From a virus, in the IMG/VR virus record IMGVR_UViG_3300025141_000048: a stretch of DNA of 64,000 nucleotides; one strand, 5' to 3'. The first letter of the stretch is position 1. The number at the start of each line of letters is the position of its first letter. The translations under genes and the position numbers were made by a program. Below the pieces are notes generated by a model. That model did no database searches. It had not been told where the DNA came from and saw only the letters and a list, made by a program, of their open reading frames with translations. Shown here in pieces: positions 17,375 through 27,456 of the stretch.

Positions 17375-18079
17375 ATGAGTACGAAGATCTACTACGCATG
17401 GCGCACTCCCATTTCTCGTCTTGCCGAATTTGGCAGACTGTTTGATGACTATGGTTTTGAAGTAACCGTATCGTTCGTCAAGAAAATGATGGCTACTGTC
17501 GCCTACGACAAGTGCAATGAGATCTGGGAAAAGTACAAAAACAATCTTACATGGGAAGAGTTTCAAACCCATCGTGAGAATATGCTGCGATACTCAATCA
17601 TCATGAAGCTTTGTTACGAAGCTTTAGACAGCATGCAAATAGAGTTTTTCGACATTGACTTTGGTTTCAATGCTTTCCTAAGTAGTGCCAAAGCCTACAT
17701 CATTCCGTATGGTACTCGTAAGGTAGTTGGATCTTTCACTCCTCCTGATTGGGTTGAGGAATATGGATATTGGAACAACACCGATCAACCATTAGACTTA
17801 ACTCGCAGGCAATGGAAAGCCAGAGGCGACAAGTGGGATGAAGTTGCCTTGGATGATTGGCAGAAGAACAGGTTCATGCATGCTTCTGTTGATCTTAAGG
17901 AAAACATTGGAGTAGAACGTATCAATCAGGGCATCTTTGATGAGGAAGATATGTTGAGGGCTTTGATCGTTTCAAGCGATATCAGGCTGAATATGCTCCA
18001 TGGGGCAGAAATGGATGTAGATCCTCACATACTAGCTCCCTTGAACGACAGAGAAAAGAATGTTACAATATCTTCATGA
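17375..18079 (+). CDS. Hypothetical protein
   Basis: 234 aa; YGYWNNTDQP…W..RG..W segment. Confidence 0.6.
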   Translation: MSTKIYYAWRTPISRLAEFGRLFDDYGFEVTVSFVKKMMATVAYDKCNEIWEKYKNNLTWEEFQTHRENMLRYSIIMKLCYEALDSMQIEFFDIDFGFNAFLSSAKAYIIPYGTRKVVGSFTPPDWVEEYGYWNNTDQPLDLTRRQWKARGDKWDEVALDDWQKNRFMHASVDLKENIGVERINQGIFDEEDMLRALIVSSDIRLNMLHGAEMDVDPHILAPLNDREKNVTISS

Positions 18080-18191
18080 AACCGTACCCTCACATCAAGG
18101 GTCCCAGTAAGGCTCCACAGCAGACCTGTCTTGCGTTAGGTCCTGATGAAGCTGAAAGGATAGATGCCATTTCTGGTCATCTCCCATTGTT

Positions 18192-18557
18192 ATGATCTCA
18201 TTCAACGACTACGAAGACGAAGACGAAAACGGTAAAGTTGACTGGACAGCCTATTACAAGGCACAAGTTGATGCTGGAGAGAAATGCCGCCAATGCGGCG
18301 ATCATATCATCTTCCCTAAAGGGTTCTTAACGACATGTCAAAATTGCCTTGATCTCATAGGGAGTTCTGATGAGAGGGAACATGAGAGGATGATAAGATG
18401 TCCTCATTGTGTCTATACATTCTCGCCAGAAGAATATACCATGGACGAAGAGATGGTTGTTGCATGTCCTCAATGCGATAAAGAGTTTATCGTAACCGTA
18501 AGAGTTACGTATCATTTCACAAGCCCGAAAGTTATTTGGGAAGGAGAAGAAGAATAA
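18192..18557 (+). CDS. Multi-CxxC zinc-ribbon protein
   Basis: CRQC, CQNC, CPHC, CPQC. Confidence 0.6.
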   Translation: MISFNDYEDEDENGKVDWTAYYKAQVDAGEKCRQCGDHIIFPKGFLTTCQNCLDLIGSSDEREHERMIRCPHCVYTFSPEEYTMDEEMVVACPQCDKEFIVTVRVTYHFTSPKVIWEGEEE

Positions 18558-18889
18558 TGGCCACCTTCATTCTCGATCTCGATGGGACCCTGTTCAAACA
18601 CTCATCTACCATGCCATTGCATGGAGCGTTGGAGTTTTTGGCAAAGATACATGCAGACGGGAATAGAGTCGTCTTCATTACCCGCCGAGGCGATGAGGAA
18701 TGGGGACCTGATGATCCCGTCTATTCCGAGGCTCCAACCAGAAAAATGCTGGATGATCTTGGCATCAAATACCATGACATCATATTCAATTGCAAGAGTC
18801 CAAGAATTATCATAGATGATGACGAAGTTCGCCATATTCAAGGCAACAATACACATGTGCCTCTAGACTGGGCAGTTATAAGTGATTGA
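18557..18889 (+). CDS. HAD-superfamily phosphatase-like protein
   Basis: FILDLDGTL, FITRR, IIIDDD. Confidence 0.75.
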   Translation: MATFILDLDGTLFKHSSTMPLHGALEFLAKIHADGNRVVFITRRGDEEWGPDDPVYSEAPTRKMLDDLGIKYHDIIFNCKSPRIIIDDDEVRHIQGNNTHVPLDWAVISD

Positions 18890-18931
18890 TATTATGATAT
18901 CATGTAATTGTCAAAATACAGGAGACAGGTT

Positions 18932-19252
18932 ATGGGTAAGTGGTTGTTTACACAGTTGTTGGGTTTTACCGTTGTTCTATATGAAGGTTTCGTAATATCC
19001 AAGTTTTGGGAATGGTTTATAACTCGAAATTTCGACATAAATCTATTGCCTTGGGCTGCTGGATGTGGCATCGCTTTGGTATTAAGAATGATCGTCCAAA
19101 GATTAACACTTAATGAATTGGAATCTATTATTGAAGAAAAGAAAAGCGGGGACGATTCGCTTACGGATGCTTATAGTTTCATGATGGCATTTACTAAAGT
19201 CTTAATCGTTACGATTACCCTATGTTGGGGATGGGTCTTGAGTCTACTCTAA
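18932..19252 (+). CDS. Membrane protein
   Basis: 3 hydrophobic helices; SD AGGAG. Confidence 0.55.
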   Translation: MGKWLFTQLLGFTVVLYEGFVISKFWEWFITRNFDINLLPWAAGCGIALVLRMIVQRLTLNELESIIEEKKSGDDSLTDAYSFMMAFTKVLIVTITLCWGWVLSLL

Positions 19253-19265
19253 ACTAGGAGATACA

Positions 19266-19544
19266 ATGTTTAGATGCGATATTTGCGGAGCTTCTGCTCC
19301 TCCTAAAACTCCCTGTAATATTGTTTCTGTCAAGTACAAAAAGGTAGCCTTTCCTTTCAGGAAAGATGCCAATGTATTTAAGAAATGGCAAGAAACAGAA
19401 ACCAACAATGATCCTGGCGGCGAAGGCATTCAGATCGCCAAGGAAATTAAGGTTTGCCCTCGCAAGTCCTGCGTAAGCAGATCTAAAGTCATGCATGAGA
19501 AAGCTCTCAGAAAGCCTATCCCTGCATGGTTGGAACATAAATAG
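19266..19544 (+). CDS. Zinc-finger hypothetical protein
   Basis: FRCDICG…VCPRKSC; SD AGGAG. Confidence 0.6.
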   Translation: MFRCDICGASAPPKTPCNIVSVKYKKVAFPFRKDANVFKKWQETETNNDPGGEGIQIAKEIKVCPRKSCVSRSKVMHEKALRKPIPAWLEHK

Positions 19545-19602
19545 CTGTAAGAGTGCTCATTTTCTTCTTGCATCTTATCCTATATTCATGTAAGTTACAA
19601 AC

Positions 19603-19869
19603 ATGAATCAACCTTTGGCCCATTCTGCTGAAGTAGATAAAGACGGTAACCAAATCTTTGCCCAATTGTACGCAGACCATCTGGATCCCTTCCGTATCAA
19701 GAGTGTCTTTGATGCTTTTCTTCGTAACAACATTGCAGATACATTTGGCGAGATCACCGATTTTGATTTACAGAAAGTGGCGTTTGAGCAAGCTGTTTTT
19801 CTTGCCTTTGAGTATCATGATTTTGGCAAGCTTGATCCTCAATGTCTCTTATCGTTCTATCTTCCTTAA
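19603..19869 (+). CDS. Hypothetical protein
   Basis: 88 aa ORF; 3' end overlaps the convergent gene. Confidence 0.4.
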   Translation: MNQPLAHSAEVDKDGNQIFAQLYADHLDPFRIKSVFDAFLRNNIADTFGEITDFDLQKVAFEQAVFLAFEYHDFGKLDPQCLLSFYLP

Positions 19870-20818
19870 GAACATTGAGAGAATCTCGGTTGGGATTAAA
19901 GTCTGAAGATAAGAACGGACCTACCGGGTGAGCGTGATCCCAAACGTCCAGCCATCTCAACTCATAGATCTGTCCAGATGACGGCAAGTATATCTCTCCT
20001 TGCTTCTTGAAATCGTTGCCTGTTAATACCACTTTTCCATCGCCAGATCCCCGATAATTACTCTCGGTAAATGGCGACACCCCAATAGCCCACATATCTT
20101 CCGATATAGCTATCCCTCTTAGCCATTTATTCTCATCTATTTTGACGTAATCAACGATCTCTCTATCTTCAACAATTGCGATAGAAGATTTGTTGGTATC
20201 TCCAACAAATAGAGTGTTGTCTATCTTGACCACATTATGAGAACAATATAAAGGCAATTCGATCAAATCCAATTGTTCATAAGTCTTTGTATCGTGGATA
20301 TATATCTGACTGTAATTGTTGCTTTTGAAGCTGTTATTATGGGCGGTAACGTACACTTTATTCTCTTGGTCGAAGAATAGAGAATTGAAATGATTCCTAT
20401 CGGATCCACTCCACTCTTTATTAGGCAACCAATGGATAAAGCTTCCGTTTTCCGGATCTATTACAGCAATGGTATTTAAGCTTGTACAGGTTGCCCATAT
20501 TTTTCCATTGTGAACTTGTATCTGATGGACATCTACAAAGTCTTCTCTGGGCATTTTGATGTATCGTTTGAAGTCGAATGTTCCGTTGTCAGGGTTGATG
20601 GTTGTAACCGTTATCCAACCCATCAATCTTTTGAGAGATAGGTTGTTTCTATTCCTGGCTTTTCGACGACGATATGCGGCATATATGAAGTCTTTATCCC
20701 AAGACATCCCGTAGAGCAATTGACGTATCCTTTTGGACGTAATGGTAGAGATGAATATGTCTTCAGTGTCTACGTTAATGATGCCGGAATACTGGTTGGC
20801 AGAGAAGAGTAAGTACAT
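19754..20818 (-). CDS. Beta-propeller protein (TIGR03032/DUF4915-like)
   Basis: Repeating 4-strand blades: DVHQI, NHFNSL, SHNV, WLRGIA, QIYEL. Confidence 0.65.
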   Translation of the reverse strand: MYLLFSANQYSGIINVDTEDIFISTITSKRIRQLLYGMSWDKDFIYAAYRRRKARNRNNLSLKRLMGWITVTTINPDNGTFDFKRYIKMPREDFVDVHQIQVHNGKIWATCTSLNTIAVIDPENGSFIHWLPNKEWSGSDRNHFNSLFFDQENKVYVTAHNNSFKSNNYSQIYIHDTKTYEQLDLIELPLYCSHNVVKIDNTLFVGDTNKSSIAIVEDREIVDYVKIDENKWLRGIAISEDMWAIGVSPFTESNYRGSGDGKVVLTGNDFKKQGEIYLPSSGQIYELRWLDVWDHAHPVGPFLSSDFNPNRDSLNVLKEDRTIRDIEDQACQNHDTQRQEKQLAQTPLSVNQNR

Positions 20819-21045
20819 GACAATCTATTCTGTCAGTATAAGGCTAATGCCTTCTTGTGATCACTATTCGATTATTGACGCAAAATCATGGTATGACTTC
20901 TTTTGTGCCGAAAATTGCTGCCAAGAGAAAAACTTATAAAGCTTATAATCCTGAAGATCGACTTGAAAAACGAAAAGACTATAGCTCCAGACGGATATAC
21001 GTCGATCTTTAATGAAGAAGAGATCCGTTTTCGTGGAGTCATATT

Positions 21046-21399
21046 ATGGATTGGAATGGAAAGGTTTGGGGCGAGACAGCATCTCTGTTTTGTCAAAACA
21101 ACATCGAGATTCATTACATCAATGCTAACAAAGGTGGATACTGCTCTAAGCACCATCATGTTCATAAATACAACAAGTTCGTTGTTCTCAAAGGCAAGTT
21201 GTTGGTCAGGATATGGAAGGATTATGGACTGGTTGATGAGACAGTGTTAAATGCCCATCATTCGTGCGAGGTCCCGCCTGGTTCGGTTCACCAATTTGAG
21301 GCTTTAGAGGATACCGAGGCTCTGGAAATATACTGGACAGAGATTGCTCCTTCTGATATAATCAGAGAGAACGTTGGGGGTAGCAATAACCAAGATTAG
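21046..21399 (+). CDS. Cupin-domain protein
   Basis: KVWG, SKHHHVHKYNKF, VPPGSVHQF. Confidence 0.8.
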   Translation: MDWNGKVWGETASLFCQNNIEIHYINANKGGYCSKHHHVHKYNKFVVLKGKLLVRIWKDYGLVDETVLNAHHSCEVPPGSVHQFEALEDTEALEIYWTEIAPSDIIRENVGGSNNQD

Positions 21400-21424
21400 T
21401 CTCTTAAAAATGAGACAAATAAAA

Positions 21425-21453
21425 CTCCATAGGTCAGAAATTCTTGATATAAT
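21425..21453 (+). promoter_or_regulatory. CCATAG-class promoter 2/28
   Basis: CTCCATAG-GTCAGAAATTCT-TGATATAAT. Confidence 0.8.
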
Positions 21454-21497
21454 GCCGTAAGACCCCTTAGGGGAGGACAGCATTATGAGAGAATGAA

Positions 21498-21794
21498 ATG
21501 GCCCTGACAAATGACCAAATTACCCAACTCTTTGAAGCCTACCACGCTGTACTGGCGGGGGAGAGGGTTTCTCGTCTCAAAGCCATGATTAACTCAAGGG
21601 CTCTTGCTGTATTCTCCAAGCTTGATGAAGCAATCATGTTTGAAGTCTATTTGCCGGGACTTGGGGCTGTTGAAATTCATGGTATCCAAAAGATGAATGG
21701 AAGACTTCGAATCCATCAAAAAGATGTTGGACAATGGATCGAACTTACTCATGAACAAGAACAGGCTTTGTTCGACAATTTTGTCCATGAATAA
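21498..21794 (+). CDS. Hypothetical protein
   Basis: ORF downstream of a CCATAG promoter. Confidence 0.55.
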   Translation: MALTNDQITQLFEAYHAVLAGERVSRLKAMINSRALAVFSKLDEAIMFEVYLPGLGAVEIHGIQKMNGRLRIHQKDVGQWIELTHEQEQALFDNFVHE

Positions 21795-21985
21795 GGGTTG
21801 CAAAAATGAGTTCAACTACCGCCTACCCCTTGCAAAAACCTATGCGTTGTAGTGCGAATATGCGTTTTTGCTATCGTGAAGAGGGCTAGTCCCTGAGAAT
21901 AACCTTAAAGGGCTGTTTACAATCTCCCAGAGATTTTGAGATTTTCGTTTTTCAATACCAGTTTTCTGGTACAATGTAGCAAGAC

Positions 21986-22204
21986 ATGTATATGAGAGAG
22001 ATAAAAGTAACGGCAACGATTACCAACCACGGTTCTAGTAAAGGCGTAGAATTTAACATGCTCAGTTTGGATACAAGGCATGTTGAAGAACAACGTTTTG
22101 AAGCCGAATCCCAAACTCGAATGATCATGGGAGATAGAGGCGAAATAAAGATCGTGGAAATGGAAGATTTGGGTCCGGTACATTCCGAAATGTTCTTGCC
22201 TTAG
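21986..22204 (+). CDS. Hypothetical protein
   Basis: 72 aa ORF. Confidence 0.45.
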   Translation: MYMREIKVTATITNHGSSKGVEFNMLSLDTRHVEEQRFEAESQTRMIMGDRGEIKIVEMEDLGPVHSEMFLP

Positions 22205-22217
22205 AAAGGGCGGTACA

Positions 22218-22721
22218 ATGAAACTTCTTCTGGCACTTTTTCTGATTCTTCCCCTCAACAAATGCGATGATCCCAACAAAGTCAAATCGAGGGCTGTATC
22301 CAATTTTAAAACATGCGTACTCATAAAGAATACGATGGGAAGTAAGGTCCCCGAATCCGTCGTGGCCCAAGAGAAGATCGAGCAAGTGCCTAACGTCAAG
22401 CGTCCAAGTATCCCCAAGGGTCTTGTCCGTCCCAAACCTGTTGATCCCATGCTTCGGGACATGCCGGTGATCGATCCTACGCTCAAGGATCGGGATGAGA
22501 TCATTGCTGCTGCGTATGAGGCTGGCTACATAAGGGCTATTTCCCTCAAGCCGCCCCACAGACGCCTTCTCCCGCATTTCGATCAAAATACCGTCCGGGA
22601 AGTCCTTGAATTGCTGGAACGCCTCAGGAAGCTCTCAGATCAAAGGGAAGAGAAGCAAATTCCCATGCCTCCGCAAAAGGGACGAAAGGGACGCAAACCC
22701 CTGCCTTCTCCCGCTGTCTGA
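22218..22721 (+). CDS. Hypothetical exported Pro-rich protein
   Basis: N-terminal hydrophobic segment followed by Cys; SD GAAAGGG. Confidence 0.55.
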   Translation: MKLLLALFLILPLNKCDDPNKVKSRAVSNFKTCVLIKNTMGSKVPESVVAQEKIEQVPNVKRPSIPKGLVRPKPVDPMLRDMPVIDPTLKDRDEIIAAAYEAGYIRAISLKPPHRRLLPHFDQNTVREVLELLERLRKLSDQREEKQIPMPPQKGRKGRKPLPSPAV

Positions 22722-22753
22722 AAAGTGGCATCCATTCTGATAAAATCGAGCCC

Positions 22754-22981
22754 ATGGTATGGGCTCTTTTAATATCGCTTGCGATCTATCTAATAGGCGG
22801 TGCATTTCTTTGTTTCTGCTCTGCTCAAGCTAGTCAAGCTTTGTCTCAGGGACGATACGAAGATTCTGTAACTGCGATGAAAGAGCGAGACAGGTGTTAT
22901 AACCTCTGCTGCTATTGGTGGAGCTTGGGTTTGTTGGTCGTGGCCTTTTTGACCTTAGGTTTTTTGTTCCTAATGGGCTAA
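22754..22981 (+). CDS. Small 2-TM protein
   Basis: Two hydrophobic helices. Confidence 0.5.
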   Translation: MVWALLISLAIYLIGGAFLCFCSAQASQALSQGRYEDSVTAMKERDRCYNLCCYWWSLGLLVVAFLTLGFLFLMG

Positions 22982-22991
22982 GGAGAAAGCA

Positions 22992-23192
22992 ATGGTAACG
23001 AAAGAAGAGAAAAAGAAGTATCGAGTTGAACGTTTTAACGGCAGAACCAGGAACCAATGGTATTGGCGAGTCGTTGCCAAGAACGGACAGACATTACTAG
23101 TAAGCGAGAGCTATACTCGAAAAGATTCTCGCAATCGAATAGCCAATCGATTTGGCAAGCTTTGCGGCATTCAAGTCATAGACTCTGAATAG
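22992..23192 (+). CDS. DUF1508/YegP-like protein
   Basis: QWYWRVVAKNGQTLLVSESY. Confidence 0.75.
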   Translation: MVTKEEKKKYRVERFNGRTRNQWYWRVVAKNGQTLLVSESYTRKDSRNRIANRFGKLCGIQVIDSE

Positions 23193-23193
23193 C

Positions 23194-23730
23194 ATGCCAA
23201 GATATGTAAAACAAAGGGACAGCTATTCATGTGGTCCCACAGCTTTGCTTAATGCTCTTAAATGGGCTGGCAAGGATGTCTCATACAAAGACATGCCTCG
23301 TCTTAAAGCCGTATGTCATACTGAATATACGCCAGGTTACGCTTTGGGAACTTGGCCAACTAAGATGTCTTCTGCCCTACGATACGAAGGCAAGGAATGG
23401 TTCTCATGCAAGCATCTAATCAATCCAAAATTCAGGATCATTGATAAGCATCTGAAAGATGATGGCTCAATCATCATGAGTTACTTTTGGAAGCTAAGTC
23501 CGGAGTACAAACGGTTCTGGGATTGGGGATGGAAATACGTCGGTCATTATATCTTCATCGATCATGTTTCCGAATCCGGAAAAACGTTTAGAGTTGTCAA
23601 CATGTTCTGCAACGGATCGGCCCATACCAATATCCGAAGGCAGACCTTGTTACGCAAATGTTTTCGGTACAGAAATCTCAAGGATCGTCATCATAACCTT
23701 TCAGTTTGGCTTCTGAATAAATGGGCTTGA
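23194..23730 (+). CDS. C39-like cysteine peptidase
   Basis: KQRDSYSCGPTALLNAL (Q, C), GHYIFID (H, D). Confidence 0.75.
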   Translation: MPRYVKQRDSYSCGPTALLNALKWAGKDVSYKDMPRLKAVCHTEYTPGYALGTWPTKMSSALRYEGKEWFSCKHLINPKFRIIDKHLKDDGSIIMSYFWKLSPEYKRFWDWGWKYVGHYIFIDHVSESGKTFRVVNMFCNGSAHTNIRRQTLLRKCFRYRNLKDRHHNLSVWLLNKWA

Positions 23731-23754
23731 AATAGAATCTCAATTCTGTATAAT
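23727..23754 (+). promoter_or_regulatory. Sigma-70-like promoter, leaderless start
   Basis: TTGAAA-16-TATAAT; ATG 6 nt downstream. Confidence 0.55.
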
Positions 23755-23760
23755 GGCCTC

Positions 23761-24249
23761 ATGGTTAAATTAGAGCTATTGTCGCATGGCGGTATCGTCT
23801 GCAAGGTCAGCGGTTGTAATTGGCAAGCAGAATGCGCCCAGCATCAATCTGCTGGCCTATTTCGTGGCGAGGATGGATTGACCCCCATACTTCATGTCAA
23901 TAAAGTTCCGTCCACCAATGACATAGCATCGCAAGAAGTACAGGTTATCTGCAATCGTCAAATTGACGACTCATGGCATGGGGCGATGGTAATGGAGGAT
24001 CGGGAGCTTAGGCATTACGAATCCCAATTCATTACTGCCGAAGACCAATTGGACAAAGCTTGTCGAAGAATTGGCAAAGCGGTACTGGAGGGATGGTGTC
24101 TTCATGACTTCCTTCCTGCTCAAAGTGATACATCAAGAGCATCGGTATGGGTAAAAAAACCCGAAGAAGAAGGTTGGCAATGCCACAAGGTATCTCATTC
24201 AGATGACTGGGTAAATTCGTTGCTTGATGAATCTGGAGTTCCTCAATGA
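23761..24249 (+). CDS. Hypothetical protein
   Basis: 162 aa, CxxxxCxxxxxCxxH N-terminus. Confidence 0.55.
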   Translation: MVKLELLSHGGIVCKVSGCNWQAECAQHQSAGLFRGEDGLTPILHVNKVPSTNDIASQEVQVICNRQIDDSWHGAMVMEDRELRHYESQFITAEDQLDKACRRIGKAVLEGWCLHDFLPAQSDTSRASVWVKKPEEEGWQCHKVSHSDDWVNSLLDESGVPQ

Positions 24250-24944
24250 ATCTTGACAGATATAGCCCGATCATACTTGAGACTTTAGGGAACTTGGATC
24301 AAGACGGATACAATCCTGGAGGATTCAATTGCGGAAACGGAGATTACTTCAAAGGTCTTCTCTGCCTTGATTGCGGAAAGATACAAGGTACATTTCCAGT
24401 TCCGGATCTTTTGGAGTAAGAACTGAAAGAGTAACTGGAGTGCAAAGGCATGGGGTACAATAAAGGTTTAGCTACTATAGGCGTATGGGTTGGGGTTGGT
24501 ATGATATCCTTATCCAATCCGCAATATGCGTTAGCGTGTCTGATTATTGGGTCAATCTGGTTCGGAATAATTTGGCTCAAATGACTAACTTGAGTCCATT
24601 GAACAATCTGAGGGAACGGGACTTCTTCAACTGCGTTTTTAAGAACAATGTTTTTGAAGCCATGTTATACAACAATTGTAGAGGCAGATTTTCAGAACAT
24701 AATCTACCAACTACTTGTGGGCATGTTATGCGTCAAGAGTTTGAGAACTGGCCCCTATGAGGATGCTATAAAATGTTTGGTCGTAGAAAAAACTCTGGCG
24801 GAGCATTGTCTGACTTCTTTGATGGACTAGATCGATTAATATGGGGACGATCATAACGCTTGCTATATGCGTCCCACTAGCCATATGGAAGTTGGTCGAA
24901 ATAATCATCTGGGTCTGTGAGCATACAACCATAGAGATCAAATA

Positions 24945-25196
24945 ATGGAAACAGGGTTACTAGGACGAGCCGTATCGTTTAACATGAACAGTGGTCCTGC
25001 CGCCCAACGCAAACCATTAAACGGTGTTATCCAAGCAGTATATTCAAGAAACAGTGGGTTGAAATTTCTTGTAGAAAAAGACGGAGATCTATACGAGATA
25101 GATAGGAGGGATATTATTAAGCTTGTTCCTCAAAAACCTGAAGTGACAGTGGTGTTGAAAGAGGAAGACAAACCTCCCTATCTGGACATGAAGTAA
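24945..25196 (+). CDS. Hypothetical protein
   Basis: 83 aa ORF. Confidence 0.45.
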   Translation: METGLLGRAVSFNMNSGPAAQRKPLNGVIQAVYSRNSGLKFLVEKDGDLYEIDRRDIIKLVPQKPEVTVVLKEEDKPPYLDMK

Positions 25197-25277
25197 ATTT
25201 CCAGATACTTCCGGATTTCCGGATAAAACCTATCTTAGAGTCAGGGATCAAGGTCGAGATTTCCGGATACTTCCGGA
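25197..25277. repeat. 19 bp direct repeat ATTTCC(A/G)GATACTTCCGGA x2; 4 TTCCGGA sites
   Basis: Copies at 25197-25215 and 25259-25277. Confidence 0.8.
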
Positions 25278-25286
25278 CAAGGGCTA

Positions 25287-25314
25287 TTGTATCCCATTCT
25301 GAATATGGTAGAAT
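25287..25314 (+). promoter_or_regulatory. Sigma-70-like promoter, leaderless start
   Basis: TTGTAT-16-TAGAAT with TG; ATG 6 nt downstream. Confidence 0.55.
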
Positions 25315-25320
25315 GGACTC

Positions 25321-25746
25321 ATGAACTACATATCTCCTGAACAAGTTAAGGAAGAGTACGGCGATGATCTTGAAGTCCTTATGAGGGTCTTCAACCATCG
25401 AGTTGTGGAGGATGAGGGAGTTTGGAGATGGGAGTGCAACCGTCTCACTTGTCATATACAGGACCATGCTCCGGTCTACACTCCATCCGCAGGGGATGGG
25501 GGATTCCATGCTCAAGCTCAGAAATTCAGGGCAAGTATCGATCTAAACACCCTTTGGATTGATTTTCATAGAAATCTGTTTTCTTTGGATGAACTTATGC
25601 AATTCTACATGGGTATTGGATATTCGCTCGGCGGGTTCCAAGAAGTGTTTTCAGAAGAAGACGTATTAAAAGCCGTTGCCATGAAAGGCAGCGATAACTG
25701 TAACGCCGAACATGCTCTGAAAGGAAATGATAATGACGATGCTTAG
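25321..25746 (+). CDS. Hypothetical protein
   Basis: 141 aa; QFYMGIGYSLGGF motif. Confidence 0.6.
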   Translation: MNYISPEQVKEEYGDDLEVLMRVFNHRVVEDEGVWRWECNRLTCHIQDHAPVYTPSAGDGGFHAQAQKFRASIDLNTLWIDFHRNLFSLDELMQFYMGIGYSLGGFQEVFSEEDVLKAVAMKGSDNCNAEHALKGNDNDDA

Positions 25747-26058
25747 TCAAATTGCTGATGCTCTTGAGAATGCCCAAGATATCGATCCAAGCACAATGGC
25801 AAACTACATAGCCAAGAAACGGTTGTATGGACTGCTGTTGGAAGAAGGGTAGGACGAAGATTTGGCAATGATTGCTGCCGCCAAGATAAAGGTAGAATTG
25901 CCTGGCAACGCTTTCGAAGAAGAAGGCGAAGATCTGATTCGTATGCTCACATCGATGGCCAAGATTATCAAAAATTTATACGACTGCTTGGAGAGGGACT
26001 ACCCTGTACCGGAACTTTTCTTCGTAGAGATGATCGAGGAAATGGAAGTTTCGTCGTC

Positions 26059-26643
26059 ATGAGAAAACATACAGTCATTATCTTTGGGGGAGCATTCGAT
26101 CCTCCGCATCGAGGCCATGAGGCTTTGATTAGGGCTGCACTTAAGTTGCATCCCGTATGGATCATGCCTGCTTACTTCAACCCCTTTGGCAAGGAGATGT
26201 CTCCTGCTACTGATCGTTATAATATGTGTCAGTTGATGGCCGATCAAACGGGAGCCCAGGTATCCGCTTTTGAATTGATCAATTGCTTGGTCAACGGAAC
26301 CTATGATTCCGTTTGTCAACTCAAGAAAGCATTCGATTGTAACTTCAAAGTATTGATCGGAATGGATCAGGCTAACTGCATCCATGATTGGCGTCATTCC
26401 GACTCTTTGCTTAAAGAGGTTCCTTTTATCGTTACCAAAAGATTCGGAGAAAAGGGAAACGACGACAGATGGTACGAAGAATCTCCTCATCAAATGTTGC
26501 AAGTTCCCGGAACCGTTAATGTATCTTCGACTCAGGTACGCAACGAATTAAGAATTACCAACAGTAAGGTTGGTAAGTGCGTCAATCCTGATGTATTGCA
26601 ATACATTAGTAAGAACCACCTTTACGAGCCTGTCCATGCCTGA
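26059..26643 (+). CDS. nadD: Nicotinate/nicotinamide-nucleotide adenylyltransferase
   Basis: FGGAFDPPHRGH, IGMDQ..W, VSSTQVR, YISKNHLY. Confidence 0.9.
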   Translation: MRKHTVIIFGGAFDPPHRGHEALIRAALKLHPVWIMPAYFNPFGKEMSPATDRYNMCQLMADQTGAQVSAFELINCLVNGTYDSVCQLKKAFDCNFKVLIGMDQANCIHDWRHSDSLLKEVPFIVTKRFGEKGNDDRWYEESPHQMLQVPGTVNVSSTQVRNELRITNSKVGKCVNPDVLQYISKNHLYEPVHA

Positions 26644-27070
26644 GAAAGAATTAATCTGGACTATATCGTCGCTTCGCATTGACCGAAAGGTGTTGGCGGA
26701 ATCCGAACCTATTGACCTTGAAGCTGATGAGAATCCGGATGCCTGGAAGAGAGTTAGTAAGTTCCCGGTTGATTGGCGAATGTGGGGATACTCTTTATCA
26801 CCGGAAGGGGCTCACTTTCTTGTAACCCATAACGGTCAATTTCTTAATGAAGCTGGTTATTATCCTTGGGTAGTTGTGGAAACGCTTGAGGGCGGAACTA
26901 TTTTGCCTCATGTCTCGACGGAGAAAGATCAGATATTCTATGAAGCTGTCCCCGATGGATATGATGGGGCATGGCCCAAGTCTAAGTATGTCAGGATGGA
27001 CGCTCCGCCCGAGGAAGTTGTAAAGCTGTTTGAACGTTTCGGTATTGTTCAGATGTTCAGTGTTCTATAG
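26636..27070 (+). CDS. Hypothetical protein
   Basis: ORF coupled to nadD. Confidence 0.5.
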   Translation: MPEKELIWTISSLRIDRKVLAESEPIDLEADENPDAWKRVSKFPVDWRMWGYSLSPEGAHFLVTHNGQFLNEAGYYPWVVVETLEGGTILPHVSTEKDQIFYEAVPDGYDGAWPKSKYVRMDAPPEEVVKLFERFGIVQMFSVL

Positions 27071-27078
27071 GGAAAACC

Positions 27079-27456
27079 ATGACAGCAAAAGAAATACATC
27101 AAGCACTAGCAAGTGGGGGCATGCGACTATTCCATGTCCAAATTTCCATTTCCGGTAGGTTTGAAGAAATCATTTTCATCCACAACGATAGGACTGTAGC
27201 AGCGTGGAGAGGTGGTGTTTCCAACATCATCAGCAGCAGTATTCGAGTCAATGATTCGGAAGAGATGGATGATGAAGTCTTCAACGACTTCCTAACCCAT
27301 ATGAGAAGGCTTGGATACATACAGGCTATGGATGTATGTTCTGATTGTTTTGAAGGCAAAGTGTTCGTAACTGAAGCTAAACTAATACATGACCCGGACC
27401 ATGAGGAACAGGTCGATGGTTTTGGACATTGGGGATGGGAGTCCAAACTAATATGA
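27079..27456 (+). CDS. Hypothetical protein
   Basis: 125 aa ORF. Confidence 0.5.
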   Translation: MTAKEIHQALASGGMRLFHVQISISGRFEEIIFIHNDRTVAAWRGGVSNIISSSIRVNDSEEMDDEVFNDFLTHMRRLGYIQAMDVCSDCFEGKVFVTEAKLIHDPDHEEQVDGFGHWGWESKLI

